Positions 12,021 to 24,205 of a DNA stretch of 64,000 nucleotides are shown here, piece by piece (positions within the stretch are counted from its first letter, which is position 1; each line of letters starts with the position of its first letter). Location of the stretch: contig NC_043008.1 of NCBI RefSeq assembly GCF_006345805.1, positions 16,802,001 to 16,866,000 of the forward strand, read 5' to 3'. A model generated the notes under the pieces. It worked only from the letters and a program-made list of their open reading frames with translations. It had not been told where the DNA came from and searched no databases. A program made the position numbers and the translations under genes. This DNA comes from Octopus sinensis (lineage: Eukaryota).

Positions 12021-12384
12021 TACGAAGATGTACTTGCATAGCAAGTGACCTGATCTGAGATCGTGTGCTGGAACGAAAACAATTGCAGCGTGAAAGATGT
12101 ATAAAAGTCATTTAAGAAACACAAAATCCGTTAGATTCATTACAAAAACTTTAATTTAATCTGTCAAAATAGTTTCGTCGCTTTGAGACCGCGATCAGTT
12201 CACTGACAAAATTCTCTGCTGCATCTCGGAATTTTGTCAGTGAACAGGTCGCAGTCTCAAAGCGATGAAAATATTTTTTCAATTTAAATTCAAATGTTGA
12301 AGTGAATCTAACGTTTTTTGGGGGGTTTTTTTGTGTGTGTTTCTTAAATGGCTTATAAACACCTTCCACGCTGCAATTGTTTTC
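12021..12384. mobile_element. Family H3 element as an inverted pair (arms 12075-12214 and 12229-12384), each arm with a hammerhead-like motif
   Basis: Arms are imperfect reverse complements around a 14-nt spacer; single-orientation copy at 53785-53996 and degraded copy at 39487-40085. Confidence 0.85.
12234..12282 (+). ncRNA. Minimal type I hammerhead-like motif with swapped G3-C8 core (GUGAACA)
   Basis: ttgtca GTGAACA G gtcgc-agtctcaaa-gcgat GAAA atat TT. The partner arm (12161-12209, minus) has an intact stem I (tgtca/tgaca). Stem III is the palindrome AATATT. Confidence 0.65.
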
Positions 12385-13277
12385 ATATACTATTTGTCTG
12401 TCTATAAATAGTAATTGAGTGTTGAAACCATTTTGGTGGAAGAAAACTGTCGAATGCTGTTAGTAGGAAATGAAACCAAGTCTGCTTCACACAGGCATTC
12501 TACCATAGGACAAAAACAACCCGAATTAAAATTTCCACTTTAGAAACTTTCTTTTTACCTCCGTGCTGTTGGCGTCATAAGATGTTATAATCTTCGAGAG
12601 AGTGTTCAATGCTTTGTTTTTTGGAATGCTGTCAACTACTCCCGCATTATTTTTTAAGCGAACAAATTCTCTAAAATACTATTGTTAGATTCTAAAATAC
12701 CGTTGATAGATTCTTATAGCTATGCTAAATATCTTAACTCTACCAGTTACACCTTATGCAGATAGCAATATGCATTGATGTAAACGTAGCTAGAAATACT
12801 AAAGAATTATTTGAAGGTAGATTATATTCCAGAATATATTAAGATATTCTAATGCTTGTTAAAGAATTGTTGCCAAATCTACACATTGTATAATTAATTT
12901 TCAATTTCTGTACACATGCAAACAATATGTCTAACAGAACATGCTGCGATTTCACTGCTGGTACATTGAAGGAAACCCAAGCAGGTCAAAATCACCATGA
13001 TTTAGCTGTCAGATTCACATGTTCACTTCAGGCATTGCAACCAGAAAACTATTTTAGAGAAACGCTAGGTATATATGTTCTTATACGGAATTATTTAATT
13101 GCGATATTATATATGCGTTAGACACCACGATTTTCTTACGTACATACATACATACGTACGTATGAATATATGTGTATGTATATGCATATGTGTATTTGTG
13201 TGTCTGTGTTTGTCCCCCTAGCATTGCTAAAAGAGTGTATATATATATATATATATTATATATATATATATATATAT

Positions 13278-13479
13278 AACTAAAAAAATGGTATCTGAGA
13301 GACACCACCATGCCGAAATAGCAGTCAAATCCCTAACTCTAAGAACCACCTTAAATGTTCATATCGCACCTCTGTCTTATCTCATGGTGCGATATGAACA
13401 TTTAAGGTGGTTCTTAGAGTCAGGGATTTGACTGCTATTTCGGCATGGTGGTGTCTCTCAGACACCCTTATTTTTAGTT
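13278..13479. repeat. Near-perfect inverted repeat (arms 13278-13370 and 13386-13479) next to (TA)n
   Basis: The inner 77 bp match at 76 positions around a 15-nt spacer; each arm contains CTGAGA...GAAA tagcag TC. Confidence 0.95.
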
Positions 13480-13528
13480 CTAAAAAGTTATTACCTTTGT
13501 ATGGTATTTATTCCCATGCTGGCCACTT

Positions 13529-13560
13529 GATAATACCGATATTTAAATATCGGTATTATC
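13529..13560. repeat. Perfect 32-bp palindrome
   Basis: GATAATACCGATATTT|AAATATCGGTATTATC. Confidence 0.95.
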
Positions 13561-13584
13561 CTTATTTATAAATATATATATATA

Positions 13585-13964
13585 GGCGCAGGAGTGGTTG
13601 TGTGGTAAGTAGCTTGTTTACCAACCACATGTTCCCGGGTTCAGTCCCACTGCGTGGCACCTTGGGCAAGGCCGACCAAAGCCTTGTGAGTGGATTTGGT
13701 AGACGGAAACTGAAAGAAGCCCGTCGTATATATGCATATATATATGCGTGTGTGTGTTTGTGTGTCTGTGTTTGTCCCCCTAGCATTGCTTGATAAACCG
13801 ATGCTGGTGTGTTTATGTCTCCGTTACTTAGCGGTTCGGCAAAAGAGACCGATAGAATAAGTACTGGGCTTACAAAAGAATAAGTCCCGGGGTCGAGTTG
13901 CTCGATTAAAGGCGGTGCTCCAGCATGGCCGCAGTCAGATGATTAAAACAAGTAAAAGAGTAAA
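13585..13964 (+). mobile_element. SINE group B (CORE-like; resembles the octopus OR-type SINEs), near full length
   Basis: GGCGCAGGAGTGG.TGTGTGGTAAG head, GGTTCAGTCCC B box, CCTTGGGCAAG CORE-like motif, internal (TA)/(TG) tract and GAGTAAAA-type tail. About 21 bp are deleted relative to 62711. A mid-body fragment also lies at about 13180-13228. Confidence 0.9.
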
Positions 13965-13968
13965 TATA

Positions 13969-14197
13969 TACGAGGCTTGGCACTGAAAATTCCTGGCTTT
14001 GGATAAAAGAAAATACAGGAGAATCAGTTAATTTTGATTTTATTCAACATATTTCCCTCCCAGACTGACGGACTTATTGCAGCTGTCCTTCAGCTTTCCC
14101 AAGACCTGTAAAATATCTCGGAAGATTAGGCCTCTAACCAGGCCTTCCACGATATTCTTAACGCTTAATGCCAAGAACTTTCCAGCACTCCGCCGTA
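13969..14197 (-). mobile_element. Mariner-derived MITE (~220 bp), TA-flanked
   Basis: Ends TACGAGG..CTGAAAATTCCTGGCTTT and GCCAAGAACTTTCCAGCACTCCGCCGTA; reverse complement of 42952-43171. Confidence 0.85.
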
Positions 14198-14207
14198 GAT
14201 TTATAGT

Positions 14208-14304
14208 CGTGTGGCCTAATGTTTAGGCTAATCGGCTCACGATCGGAAGGTCATAAGTTCAATTCTCGACGACACTTTGTGTCCTTGAGTAAGACTTTTT
14301 ATTT
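14208..14304 (+). mobile_element. SINE group C, 5' fragment
   Basis: GTGGCCTAATGTTTAG...AGTTCAATTCTC...GTGTCCTTGAGTAAGACTTTTTATTT. Confidence 0.65.
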
Positions 14305-14629
14305 GATAGATATGTGTGTGTATAGACACACACACACACACACACACACACATAAATATATATAATTATAATAATAAGTTTTTTTTGCAAAGAGTTGCTT
14401 AAACCACATACCGAAAATATTAGAAATAGCAGCCAAAAGACTACTATTTCTTTTTACTACAAAAACAAGTCTCCACAGACAACAATATTTGTAACTCACA
14501 TATGGCAAAAAAAGAAGAAAAACAATGAAATCACACAGTCTTCGAATATGGTCCTTTTCCATACCGAAATACTACTAAGTGAAATTTGTTGATTTTATTA
14601 AATTAATTATATTTCACCCTATATCTGTA

Positions 14630-14664
<35 letters not shown>

Positions 14665-15246
14665 GTATATGCATATTTATTATTATATATGAGAGGGAAA
14701 GAGGAGGGAACAGAAGGAGAGAGAGGACTGGGAGAGAGTATTTGTAGCATTAAACATGATTATTGATATAAGCATGCTTCCCAGTAATATTTATATAATG
14801 CCGATACGGTTCACGAAGCAAAATGATATTCAAGACATAACATCAGGAAAATATATCAGGCAGCAGTTTATTTCCAAGACATTTTATACGAAGAAAACGA
14901 CGTAATGTATTATTTGTTGTTGATTCTACAAAGCGTAGATCTATCTTAAGTCATGGAATGACTGTCTATACTATCCTTCTAATTCTTGGTATAGAATTGC
15001 CCTATCCAATATGTCGGAGAAAAATGCTTAGTAGCATTTCGTCAGAATCTGTGTTCTGAGCTTCAATGCGCTGTTTTTTGGTATTTTTTTTCAGTTTGTT
15101 ACTTATTCTGTTGGTAACGTATGACGAGATACTAATATTACGGTAACGTAAACAAAAGAACTCTAGTCATGAAGCCATGATGGAGGACAAACGCAATGAT
15201 AAACACAGATGCACACACATACATACACATACACACACACACACGC

Positions 15247-15248
<2 letters not shown>

Positions 15249-15294
<46 letters not shown>

Positions 15295-15310
15295 CGATAA
15301 TAATAATAAT

Positions 15311-15341
<31 letters not shown>

Positions 15342-15366
15342 TAACAACAATAATAATAATAATAAC

Positions 15367-15404
<38 letters not shown>

Positions 15405-15414
15405 CGATAATAAT

Positions 15415-15445
<31 letters not shown>
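15249..15445. repeat. (AAT)n microsatellite
   Basis: Directly visible. Confidence 0.95.
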
Positions 15446-15448
<3 letters not shown>

Positions 15449-15454
15449 GCGCCC

Positions 15455-15688
15455 TTTTAAAGCCTAGGCAGGCTCATGGTCACGGTTTCCCGGTTTCAAT
15501 GGCGTATGTGTTCGAAAGCTGGACGGGACGCCAGTCCATGGCAGCGTTGCTCATTTTTCCCAGCTGAATGGACTGGATCAACTAGAAATAAAGTGTTTTG
15601 CTCAAGAGCCCAACGCGTCGCCCGGTCAAGGAATCGAAACCACAATCTTCCGCTCATGGCTCTGACAGCCTAACCACTAAGCCATGCG
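15455..15688 (-). mobile_element. SINE group C head with V-SINE-like tail
   Basis: Minus strand: GCATGGCTTAGTGGTTAG, GGTTTCGATTCC, CTTGAGCAAAACACTTTATTTC, then ATGGACTGGCGTCCCGTCCAG...GAAACCGGGAAACCG...ATGAGCC. Confidence 0.85.
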
Positions 15689-16268
15689 GTAACACACATA
15701 CAAACACACACACACACACATACACACACACACACACACACACATACACACACATACACACACACATATATATATTAGTGGAAAACTTATGCTCAATGTG
15801 CTACAGGGTGGGATTCTACCTAAAAGCACACGATTCTTATTTACACAACCATTCTCCTGCCTATCGACACACTTCTTATGTAAATTAATAAAATCCCACC
15901 CCACCCCAAAAAAAGATACCTGGCCTATATTTTTCTGGAGAGAGAACACCCGACTCTATGCACACAAGGAGATAACAGGTAATATATTTTATGGCCTCAA
16001 AATATATTTCTTCGGTTTCAGAATGTTCAAAAGCAATATTGTCCCCGGCACGATTCGAACTCAGAACTTCAAATACTGGAAGAAAAAAAATTTAACGCAT
16101 TGCATATCGATCCTGTTATAATCTCTTGGATTACACTGCGTTATCATTGTTATTAATATTTTAGTATGAATGCTTCTAAGTGCGTTTAGGTACTTATACA
16201 TGTATGTACGATGTATAACTATATCTATTTCCCTTTGTGTGTTTGTAAATATATATGTATATATAATA

Positions 16269-16311
<43 letters not shown>

Positions 16312-16383
16312 TATATATATACGCATACAGATACAGATAGGCACATACACACACACATACACACACACACACCACACACACAC

Positions 16384-16424
<41 letters not shown>

Positions 16425-17168
16425 CATTACGTATATACATATAAGTGTATGTACCCTGAATAAGAGATAGAGGGTGTAGGATATTGAGAAAGAATCTGTC
16501 TCAGAAAAAGGATATAAATTATTGTGATACTATATGTGCGCGTATAAGCGTCTTTGTATGTATTACGTAGATAAGAATTATATAAATATACATATCTACA
16601 AGTGCGTGCGCCCAGATTTGCACATAATGCACAAGCACACACACACACGTACACACACACACGCGAGCACATAGTTAACACGCGCACATGCATACACACA
16701 TCCATGTGCATAAGTGAGCTCTTGACCTTCCATTATGAGCTTATATTAAGCTAATACAATGTACATTAAGAAAATGAGAAATCCCGTTGTTGCACTCTAT
16801 GACGTACGACTAGATTCTATGTTCTTTTTAAGTTCCTTCGCTGGTTATTAATATGTTGTGTGTACCGTAATACATAACTCAGTCAGCTGATTGTGACTGC
16901 GATGCTATCACCGGTATTTCCTGTGGCATACAAATAAAGTAAGAGTTTTTCTTTTTTTCTGTTAGATTCTACAGTTGTGTTATCTGTATTTTGCAGAATG
17001 AGAATCAATTAGGTTGAGATCTGAGACTGTCAGACTAACAACACGATATTTTAAAAATGGCTACATTTTGAGAGGAAATTCGCATTCGCAAATGCACTAG
17101 TTTCAATAACCTTTTACGATATATACATATATATATATTTTTATATATATATATATATAATATATATA

Positions 17169-17216
<48 letters not shown>

Positions 17217-17650
17217 TTATGAGTTAGGGGAGTTATTGACTACTTCAGAAGACAGGTTGCGTATACAGAGACTTCTTATGATATTTTTGTTACCCTGGTG
17301 TTCTCAGGCAAAATCTTAACATGGTTAAAATCAGTATAGAAAAATTGGCATCCACTAAGTTGATTTGACCTATATATATATATACGAGATCTAGATTTGA
17401 AACATATTGAATTACATTCACGCTGCTACGTTTGACGTATTGTCTAACAGTAAACTGATACACTAAATCTTGAAAGTAATTTCGATTAAGACAACGATAT
17501 TATTTTATTACCGTTACGATATTAATGATAAAAGCCTGCCTTTTCTTACCCTCTCTTAAAATAAGACGCTATTGTATACTGTCAGGTTAATCAGCCGAGT
17601 GATAATGGAAATCACAGAAATGTGATGGGCCTTTTTTTTTCCAAGTATGA

Positions 17651-17733
17651 TTTAAAAAACACTAGCACTATGACTCGGCATTTTGATTTGGTTTAAAAAA
17701 CACTAGCACTATGACTCGGGCATTTTGATTTGG
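17651..17733. repeat. Tandem duplication of a 41-42 bp unit
   Basis: TTTAAAAAACACTAGCACTATGACTCGG(G)CATTTTGATTTGG occurs twice. Confidence 0.95.
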
Positions 17734-19155
17734 TTTTGGATAGAAAATTCACAAAAGAGTCACTTCTATTGATTTTTTAATGGCTTTGTGGGGTGACTGG
17801 GGAAATGTAAAGATGTGCACAACCACCCTTAGATGGTTGTGAATGACCAAAGAAAGTGCGAGCTCTCTAACTAAAAAGTTGTGGATTTGTATAAAGGACA
17901 CACACACAAACATTTTGCCGTTTATATAGAGAGAGATATTACAAATGGAAGTACAGAGTAATCGAGAATTTGGTAAATCCGACGTAACTAAGCGCACAAA
18001 CGCTTACATGTGGTAGATAAATAATTAAATTTAATACAGGATAGAATAATCTCTTAGAAATTTCTACAAAATATTTTCGGTCTAATATTTGAAAGTTGAT
18101 TTCTTTTTACCTGATTTGCAAGTTTACAAACAGGATTTAATAAGATCTCGATGGCGTGATGCAAATTGAATTAGCTTCCAAAGGCATAATGTATAGTATA
18201 TTTGAACGTGATGGAGGAACTGTATTTAGCTGTGCAAATCTCTCGCTCCAAATTCCACGATTGTTGTATACTACGGCATAAATAATATCACAAGGTATCT
18301 TCTTACTTATTCACTCTCTGAGATCTCTTATATGTTTTCTGCTTCATAGCGACGATATCATGGGTGTTGGAAACTTGATAATTTACTTCGTTTATACTCA
18401 AGAGTACTCTCTCTCCCTAACACCACACACACACACTCCTTTTTCTATCTCTCTGCCTCTCTCTTTCTCTCTGTCACACGGTATATGTGTACACATGTAT
18501 AAATGTATACACCCATGCACACACATACACACACAAACACACATATATATACGCTTGCGCGCCCAAGCATTTGTATACATGCATACAGACACCCACATTG
18601 TGTGTGTGTGTGTGTGTTTGATGGAGAGAGAGAGAGAGAAAGGGAAAGAGAGAGAGAGACATGTATGTATGTGTAACACAATACACGTTAGCTCATAAAG
18701 CACGGAAGATATGATTTAATTAAACTACAGAGTAATTTAATATTTAATTGCGGCTGAAACTTCACAATTACGAGTGTTGAGTTTCACTTCTTGATTTCCC
18801 TCAGAATTCCAATTAACAGTGTACATACTTATATAAACATATATAATTTGGTGTATTGCAGAAATATAATAAAATATTTTAAAATATTTCCGTAACGCCA
18901 TTTGATAGCGGTTCCTTATATAGTGTTATATATGTGTTCATAAAACTTGAATAAAGTACGGTCTCACATTGAAAGTTAAAGGAATATATAAACGACTTCA
19001 GTAAAATTTGTGAAAGTGTGTTTATTACCAGGTATGTATGTAGGGAAATAAGAGAAAAGCATACATGCCTTGAAGGTCTTATACCTATCTCGCTTCGTAA
19101 AATGTTAATATAATACTGTGATTCTCCACCGGGATTCATATGATCTGTTAGGGGT

Positions 19156-19587
19156 CTCTTTTGCTCTTTTACTCTTTTCCTTGTTTCAGTCATGTGACTG
19201 TGGCCATGCTGCAGCACCGCATTTCTTCGAGCAAATCGACCACAGGACTTATTCTTTATAAGCCTAGTACTTATTCTATCGGTCTCTTTTGCCGAACCGC
19301 TAATTTACGTGGTCGTGAACAAGCCATCATCACTTGTCAAGTGATGTTGGGAGTACAAACACAGACACACAAGCATATACACACACATACATACACACAC
19401 AACACACACATATATATATATAAATATGATGGACTTCTTTCAGTTTCCGTCTACCAAATCCACTGACAAGCGTTGGTCGGCCCGAGGCTATAGTAGAAGA
19501 CACTTGCCCAAGGTGGCACACAATGGGACTGAACCCAGAACCATCTGGTTCGTATGTAAGCTACTTACTACACAGCCACACTACGCC
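19156..19587 (-). mobile_element. SINE group B, full length
   Basis: Colinear reverse complement of 13585 and 62711. Confidence 0.9.
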
Positions 19588-20919
19588 TATATAAGATTTA
19601 TGAAGTCCACATGCAAAATAGTAAATAGGGCCCAAGTTATTATTTCAGTGGTCCATCAAATAAATTTTCTTTAGATATATTTATTGCAAGTAACAGCTAG
19701 GTTCCTTTCTCCAATGTTTTAAATAGTTCAACCTACACACATTAACGTGTGAAAAATAAAATTGCACTTTTGAAACAAGTATCTATAAAGCTATTTTTTA
19801 AACAGCAAATGACTAGCGGGGTGCATGACTACAAAAGACTAAAAAATATATAGGGTCTTTGTAATGAATAAATAAATATGTATATTCTGTGCATCTTCTT
19901 TGATACTCTAAGACTTATATCAAAATTTGTCACCCCTCCTCATGGCTTATGATTTATATAGAAGTGATTATCACATGTAATGTAACTATTTCGAGTGTAC
20001 CACAAAGATTCGTAAATTATTACCCAGATATATATCTCAAAGCATATTTAACACCAAGTTTATAAATCAGCTGTGCTCTCACTTACAGCTCCGTTATATC
20101 TTTGTCTAATACCCGTAACAAAACACCCAACTTTCTCATAATCCTAATTCCATTCAAGTGTACAATTGTATACAACTGAAAATAATTATCGCTTATTCTA
20201 AATTTATATTTAATACATTACAGTTAACATATACATTTTTTTCTCATAAAAGGATTGTTCCATAACTCGATCAAATATACAATGATTATAAAAGATTTCA
20301 TGTACAGTTTGGCTCACAATCTTATATTTATTCATAAGGAAGCTTTTCTTAAATACATTATATTATATATTCACAAGATTTCTTTCTCTTTTCACTTATT
20401 TAATTATTTTCACCATCCTATCTCTTCCTTTGTCCTTTCTTCGAATCTAATTGTATTTGTATTTTTACATTTTCAATTGCTTACATCACTGATATACTAA
20501 TGTTTGAGAAAACTGTTACAAAATTACCCGCCCCACTCTTTTAGATATGTTTTGCTTTCCAACTGTGTTTTTATTCTTCTACGTTCTGTTACACATTATT
20601 TCAATGTGTGTTTTAAAATTTAACAATTTTTTATTCTATACATTCAAATTTTTCTCACAATATCGAATGCTAATAATATATGAATCGCATAACAAATGAA
20701 ATTAGACGTTCTTTTTTACAAATACGAACGGTACATGAATTCATATGTATGCAAACGTTTATTTCTTGATAAATTATAGCGTAACTACTTGTGAAATCAG
20801 AGCAAGTATAGCTTGTGGAGGGCTGTGTGTATGCATGTATGTAATCGAGTAAGTTATACGACCCTGAAGTATTCTGGTTTAACTAACTGGAAGCAGTAAT
20901 GCTGCAATTTGAAAAATGT

Positions 20920-21008
20920 TGTGGCTGTGTAGTAAGTAGCTTCCTTACGAACCACGTGGTTCCGGGTTCAGTCCCACTGCGTGCCACCTTTGGCAAACGT
21001 CTTCTACT
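20920..21008 (+). mobile_element. SINE group B, 5' fragment
   Basis: GTGGCTGTGTAGTAAGTAGCTT...GGTTCAGTCCCACTGCGTG...GTCTTCTACT. Confidence 0.85.
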
Positions 21009-21034
21009 GGCGGTTGCACTGGCGCGAAAGCTAC

Positions 21035-21367
21035 GTTGTTATTCTCATTCCATAAACGGTGTTTTTTATGGGTGTAGAGATGAACCATCCTGTAGTACAG
21101 AGGATTCGCAATCTAGACTATTGTCTGAAAGTTTACCACACCATAGTGGGTTACACCATGGTTCCTCTGCTTTGTGGCATAAGTAGGAAGAAAGAGTGAG
21201 AGAAAGTCGTGCTAAAAGAGTACAGCAGGGTTCAATCTCCCCCACGGGAGCCTCGTACACTTAGGTGCTTTTCCTCAATAAACACTCACAATGCCCCGTC
21301 TGGGAAACGAAACCACGTTCTTACGACCGCGGGTCCCATGCCCTAACCACTGGACCATTGCGCCTCC
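21035..21367 (-). mobile_element. SINE group D, tail type 2
   Basis: Head GGAGGCGCAATGGTCCAGTGGTTAGGGC and shared body to CTCTCACTCTTTCTTCC; the tail is unique and its boundary is approximate. Confidence 0.8.
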
Positions 21368-21412
21368 ACATTGTTGATGTTGGATTGCTACTCCTGTTTG
21401 GTGATGTTGCTG

Positions 21413-21780
21413 TGGAGCAAACGGTCTTCATCCCAGACCTCGCAAGATGGGAGAAGTCCGAAACGTGGTCCCTTGCTATTCGTAAGACCCACAGAAGAGA
21501 AAGCAGGTCAACCCCCGACACCGAGAGCATCGACGAATGGCTGACTGTCGCATCCAGGCTCAGCTGTTGCGTAGGAAGTCGGGGACAAGAAACAGGAAGA
21601 AAGAGTGAGAGAAAGTTGGGGCGAAAGAGTACAACAGGGGTCGCCACAACCCCACACCGGAGCCTCGTGGAGCTTAGGTGTTTTTACTCAATAAACTCTT
21701 ATAATGCCCGTTCTGGGAAACGAAACTGCGTTGTTACGACCGCGAGTCCGCTGCCCCAACCACTGGGCCATTGCGCCTCC
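21413..21780 (-). mobile_element. SINE group D, tail type 3, flanked by ~45-bp direct repeats
   Basis: Same head as above. Flanks 21368-21412 and 21781-21825 both begin ACATTGTTGATGTTGGATTGCT. Confidence 0.85.
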
Positions 21781-22229
21781 ACATTGTTGATGTTGGATTG
21801 CTGCTGCTCTTGTGGTTATTGGCAGCAACATCAGCATCAGTGACGGAAGCTCTGCTGTCATAGACGTGTACGTTGTTTACGCTACCACACATATTAACGT
21901 TCTGTCGGTAGCTGTTGAAGTCGTTTTAATTAAATGTAATGTTAATAAAATGTTAGCAGTAACTCTTACATAATTATTCCTATTTCTTCCGTTCGCATTT
22001 GCTCTTGTGTTTGATGTTGTTGCTTGCTGCTTGTTCGTTACATTGTTTTCATTATAATTTTTTTTTACGATGTTTGTCTTTTTTTTTGCTCTTTATTTTG
22101 GTGTGATATTATAGTTTTTTTTTCTTTTAATGTTTGTTTGTTCTTTTATTCTTAAGGTTCTTAGATTTTATTGCAGCTATTCAGAAATTTGAAGATAATT
22201 TCCAGAATGATGCTGTTTGTATTATGTTT

Positions 22230-22650
22230 ATGACGATGGTGGTGGTTAAGATGATGACAACGAGAAGGAAAATGAGGACGACAGACACGTTGACAATGAC
22301 AACGATGGTATTGACGAAAGAAAAGATGAAAAGTAGGATGAAGACAACGATGACATAAGAGCCACGACGATGATGCGGAAGAGGAGAAGGAGAAAGAGGA
22401 GGAGGATGAGGAAGGAAGGAGTAGTAGGAGAAGAAGCAATACAAAAAGGAGAACAATGACAACCACCTCTGCGACGACGTTGACGATAATAGTGATGTTA
22501 ATGGTGGTGGTGGCGGCTGGGGGTGGGTGGAGGTGGGGTGGTGGTGGGTGTGGTGGTGGTGGGTGGTGGTTGGTGGTGGGTGGTGGTGATGGTTTTGGTG
22601 GTGGTGGTGGTTGTGGTGGTGATGGTGGTTCATGTGGTGGTGGTTGTTTC
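22230..22650. repeat. Degenerate trinucleotide repeats, (GAT/GAC/GAG)n then (GGT)n
   Basis: Directly visible. Confidence 0.85.
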
Positions 22651-22874
22651 GGCAGTGAAATCTTTCATTGTGGTATTATGTCATCACAAACGTTGAGGAA
22701 GATAATGGCGATAATGAAGCCGTTTGTTGGTGATCTGTACGAAGAAGATAAATTATTTTTACTATTAATATTACTATTACATGCAAGATTATTGAGATAT
22801 TGGCCAAAATGCTCAGCAGCACTTCTTCTGGCACATTGCGATTTCAGTTCAAAACCGTGCAAAAAAGCGAGTGG

Positions 22875-23157
22875 AACATTGCCTTTCATTCTTTTAGAGG
22901 TCGAAAAATAAAGTTCCTTTGAAGTACTGGATTCCATGAAATCAATTTGTTCCTACCCTTTTTCAAATCGTCGGTACACTGGACGAAATGCTTAACGGTA
23001 TCTCGCTCATCGCTACGTTCTGACTTCAAATTCCGCTCAGATCGGCTTTACCTTTCATCCTTTCAGGATCGATAAATAAACTGCCAGATAAACACTGGGT
23101 TCGAGTAGTCGACTAGTGCCCTCCTCCAAATTTAAGGACTAGTGACTATAGTAAAAA
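22875..23157 (+). mobile_element. SINE group A, older subfamily: fragment 22875-22950 and copy ~22970-23157, followed by (CTT)n(ATT)n
   Basis: CCTTTCATCCTTTCAGGATCGATAAATAA core and CCCTCCTCCAAATTTAAGGACTAGTG tail. Confidence 0.75.
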
Positions 23158-23171
23158 GTCTTCTTCTTCTT

Positions 23172-23202
<31 letters not shown>

Positions 23203-23205
23203 TTC

Positions 23206-23246
<41 letters not shown>

Positions 23247-23615
23247 TCGAGTGAGGGAGATGCGTACGTCATCCGAGTTAGAATTTTCTTCACATCGATT
23301 TGCCCATTCCGCTCAAAAAGTAGCTGAATGTGGTTTGTTTAAATATGATTTCCCGAGGTAAATGGTGCATCCCCAACCAAATTTTTTCTCATCACATGGC
23401 TATGTTTTCCCCCACTACTTCAGCTCATGATCAGACATGCACATAGCTTCAGCCACTAAGGGATATACTCAACTGGTTAAAGGTCAGACAACTAACAAGC
23501 AAACCAGTTGTACTGTAGCCCATCTATTATACCAAGACAAAACAATGTACATGATAACACATCCAATCAGTTAAGATGAGAAGTCATGAGAGCTACTGCT
23601 TTGTACCGAATTAGG
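23247..23615. mobile_element. Unclassified ~370-bp insertion inside an (ATT)n tract
   Basis: Complex sequence sharply bounded by (ATT)n on both sides; resembles an octopus interspersed repeat from memory; single copy in this window. Confidence 0.45.
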
Positions 23616-23619
23616 TTAT

Positions 23620-23760
23620 TAATTATTATTAATATTAATATTAATATTAATATTATCATCATCATCATCATCATCATCATCATTATTATTATCATCATTA
23701 TTATCATCATCATCATCATCATCATCACCATCATTATTATTATCATCATCATTATTATTA

Positions 23761-23795
<35 letters not shown>

Positions 23796-24127
23796 TATTA
23801 TTATTATTATTATTACATACGTGATATTGATTATTCTGCCAAATTTCATGAACTGATGGCAATTACAGATATCGCTAATGATGATGATGATGGTTATGGT
23901 GATGATGATGGTTATGGTGATGATGATGATAATGATGATGATGATGATGATGATGAAGATGATGTGAGTGATGATAATAAAGATGAGAACGATGTTGATG
24001 ACATTGATGCAGTTGATTGCCTAGAAGTCAATGGTAATACTACTACTCCTACTAATAATAATAATAATATTGATAATAATAATGATGATGATGATGATGA
24101 TGATGATGATAATAATGATAATAATAA

Positions 24128-24158
<31 letters not shown>

Positions 24159-24205
24159 AATGATGATGATGATTATGATAATAGCGATGATGATGATGAT
24201 GATCA
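23620..24205. repeat. Compound (ATT)n/(ATC)n/(GAT)n/(AAT)n/(AAG)n microsatellites
   Basis: Directly visible; explains the 220-aa poly-I/D/N/K ORF. Confidence 0.95.

Noticed and set aside
16939-16996. GTAAGA...TTGCAG mini-intron (58 nt)
   Set aside because: Very short, and the flanks show no coding signal; it cannot be supported without RNA data.
17576-17592. miR-8-like ATACTGTCAGGT
   Set aside because: Partial match only, with no star arm.
17651-17733. Direct repeats as a CRISPR-like array
   Set aside because: Two adjacent units with no spacers, in a eukaryotic context with no cas genes.
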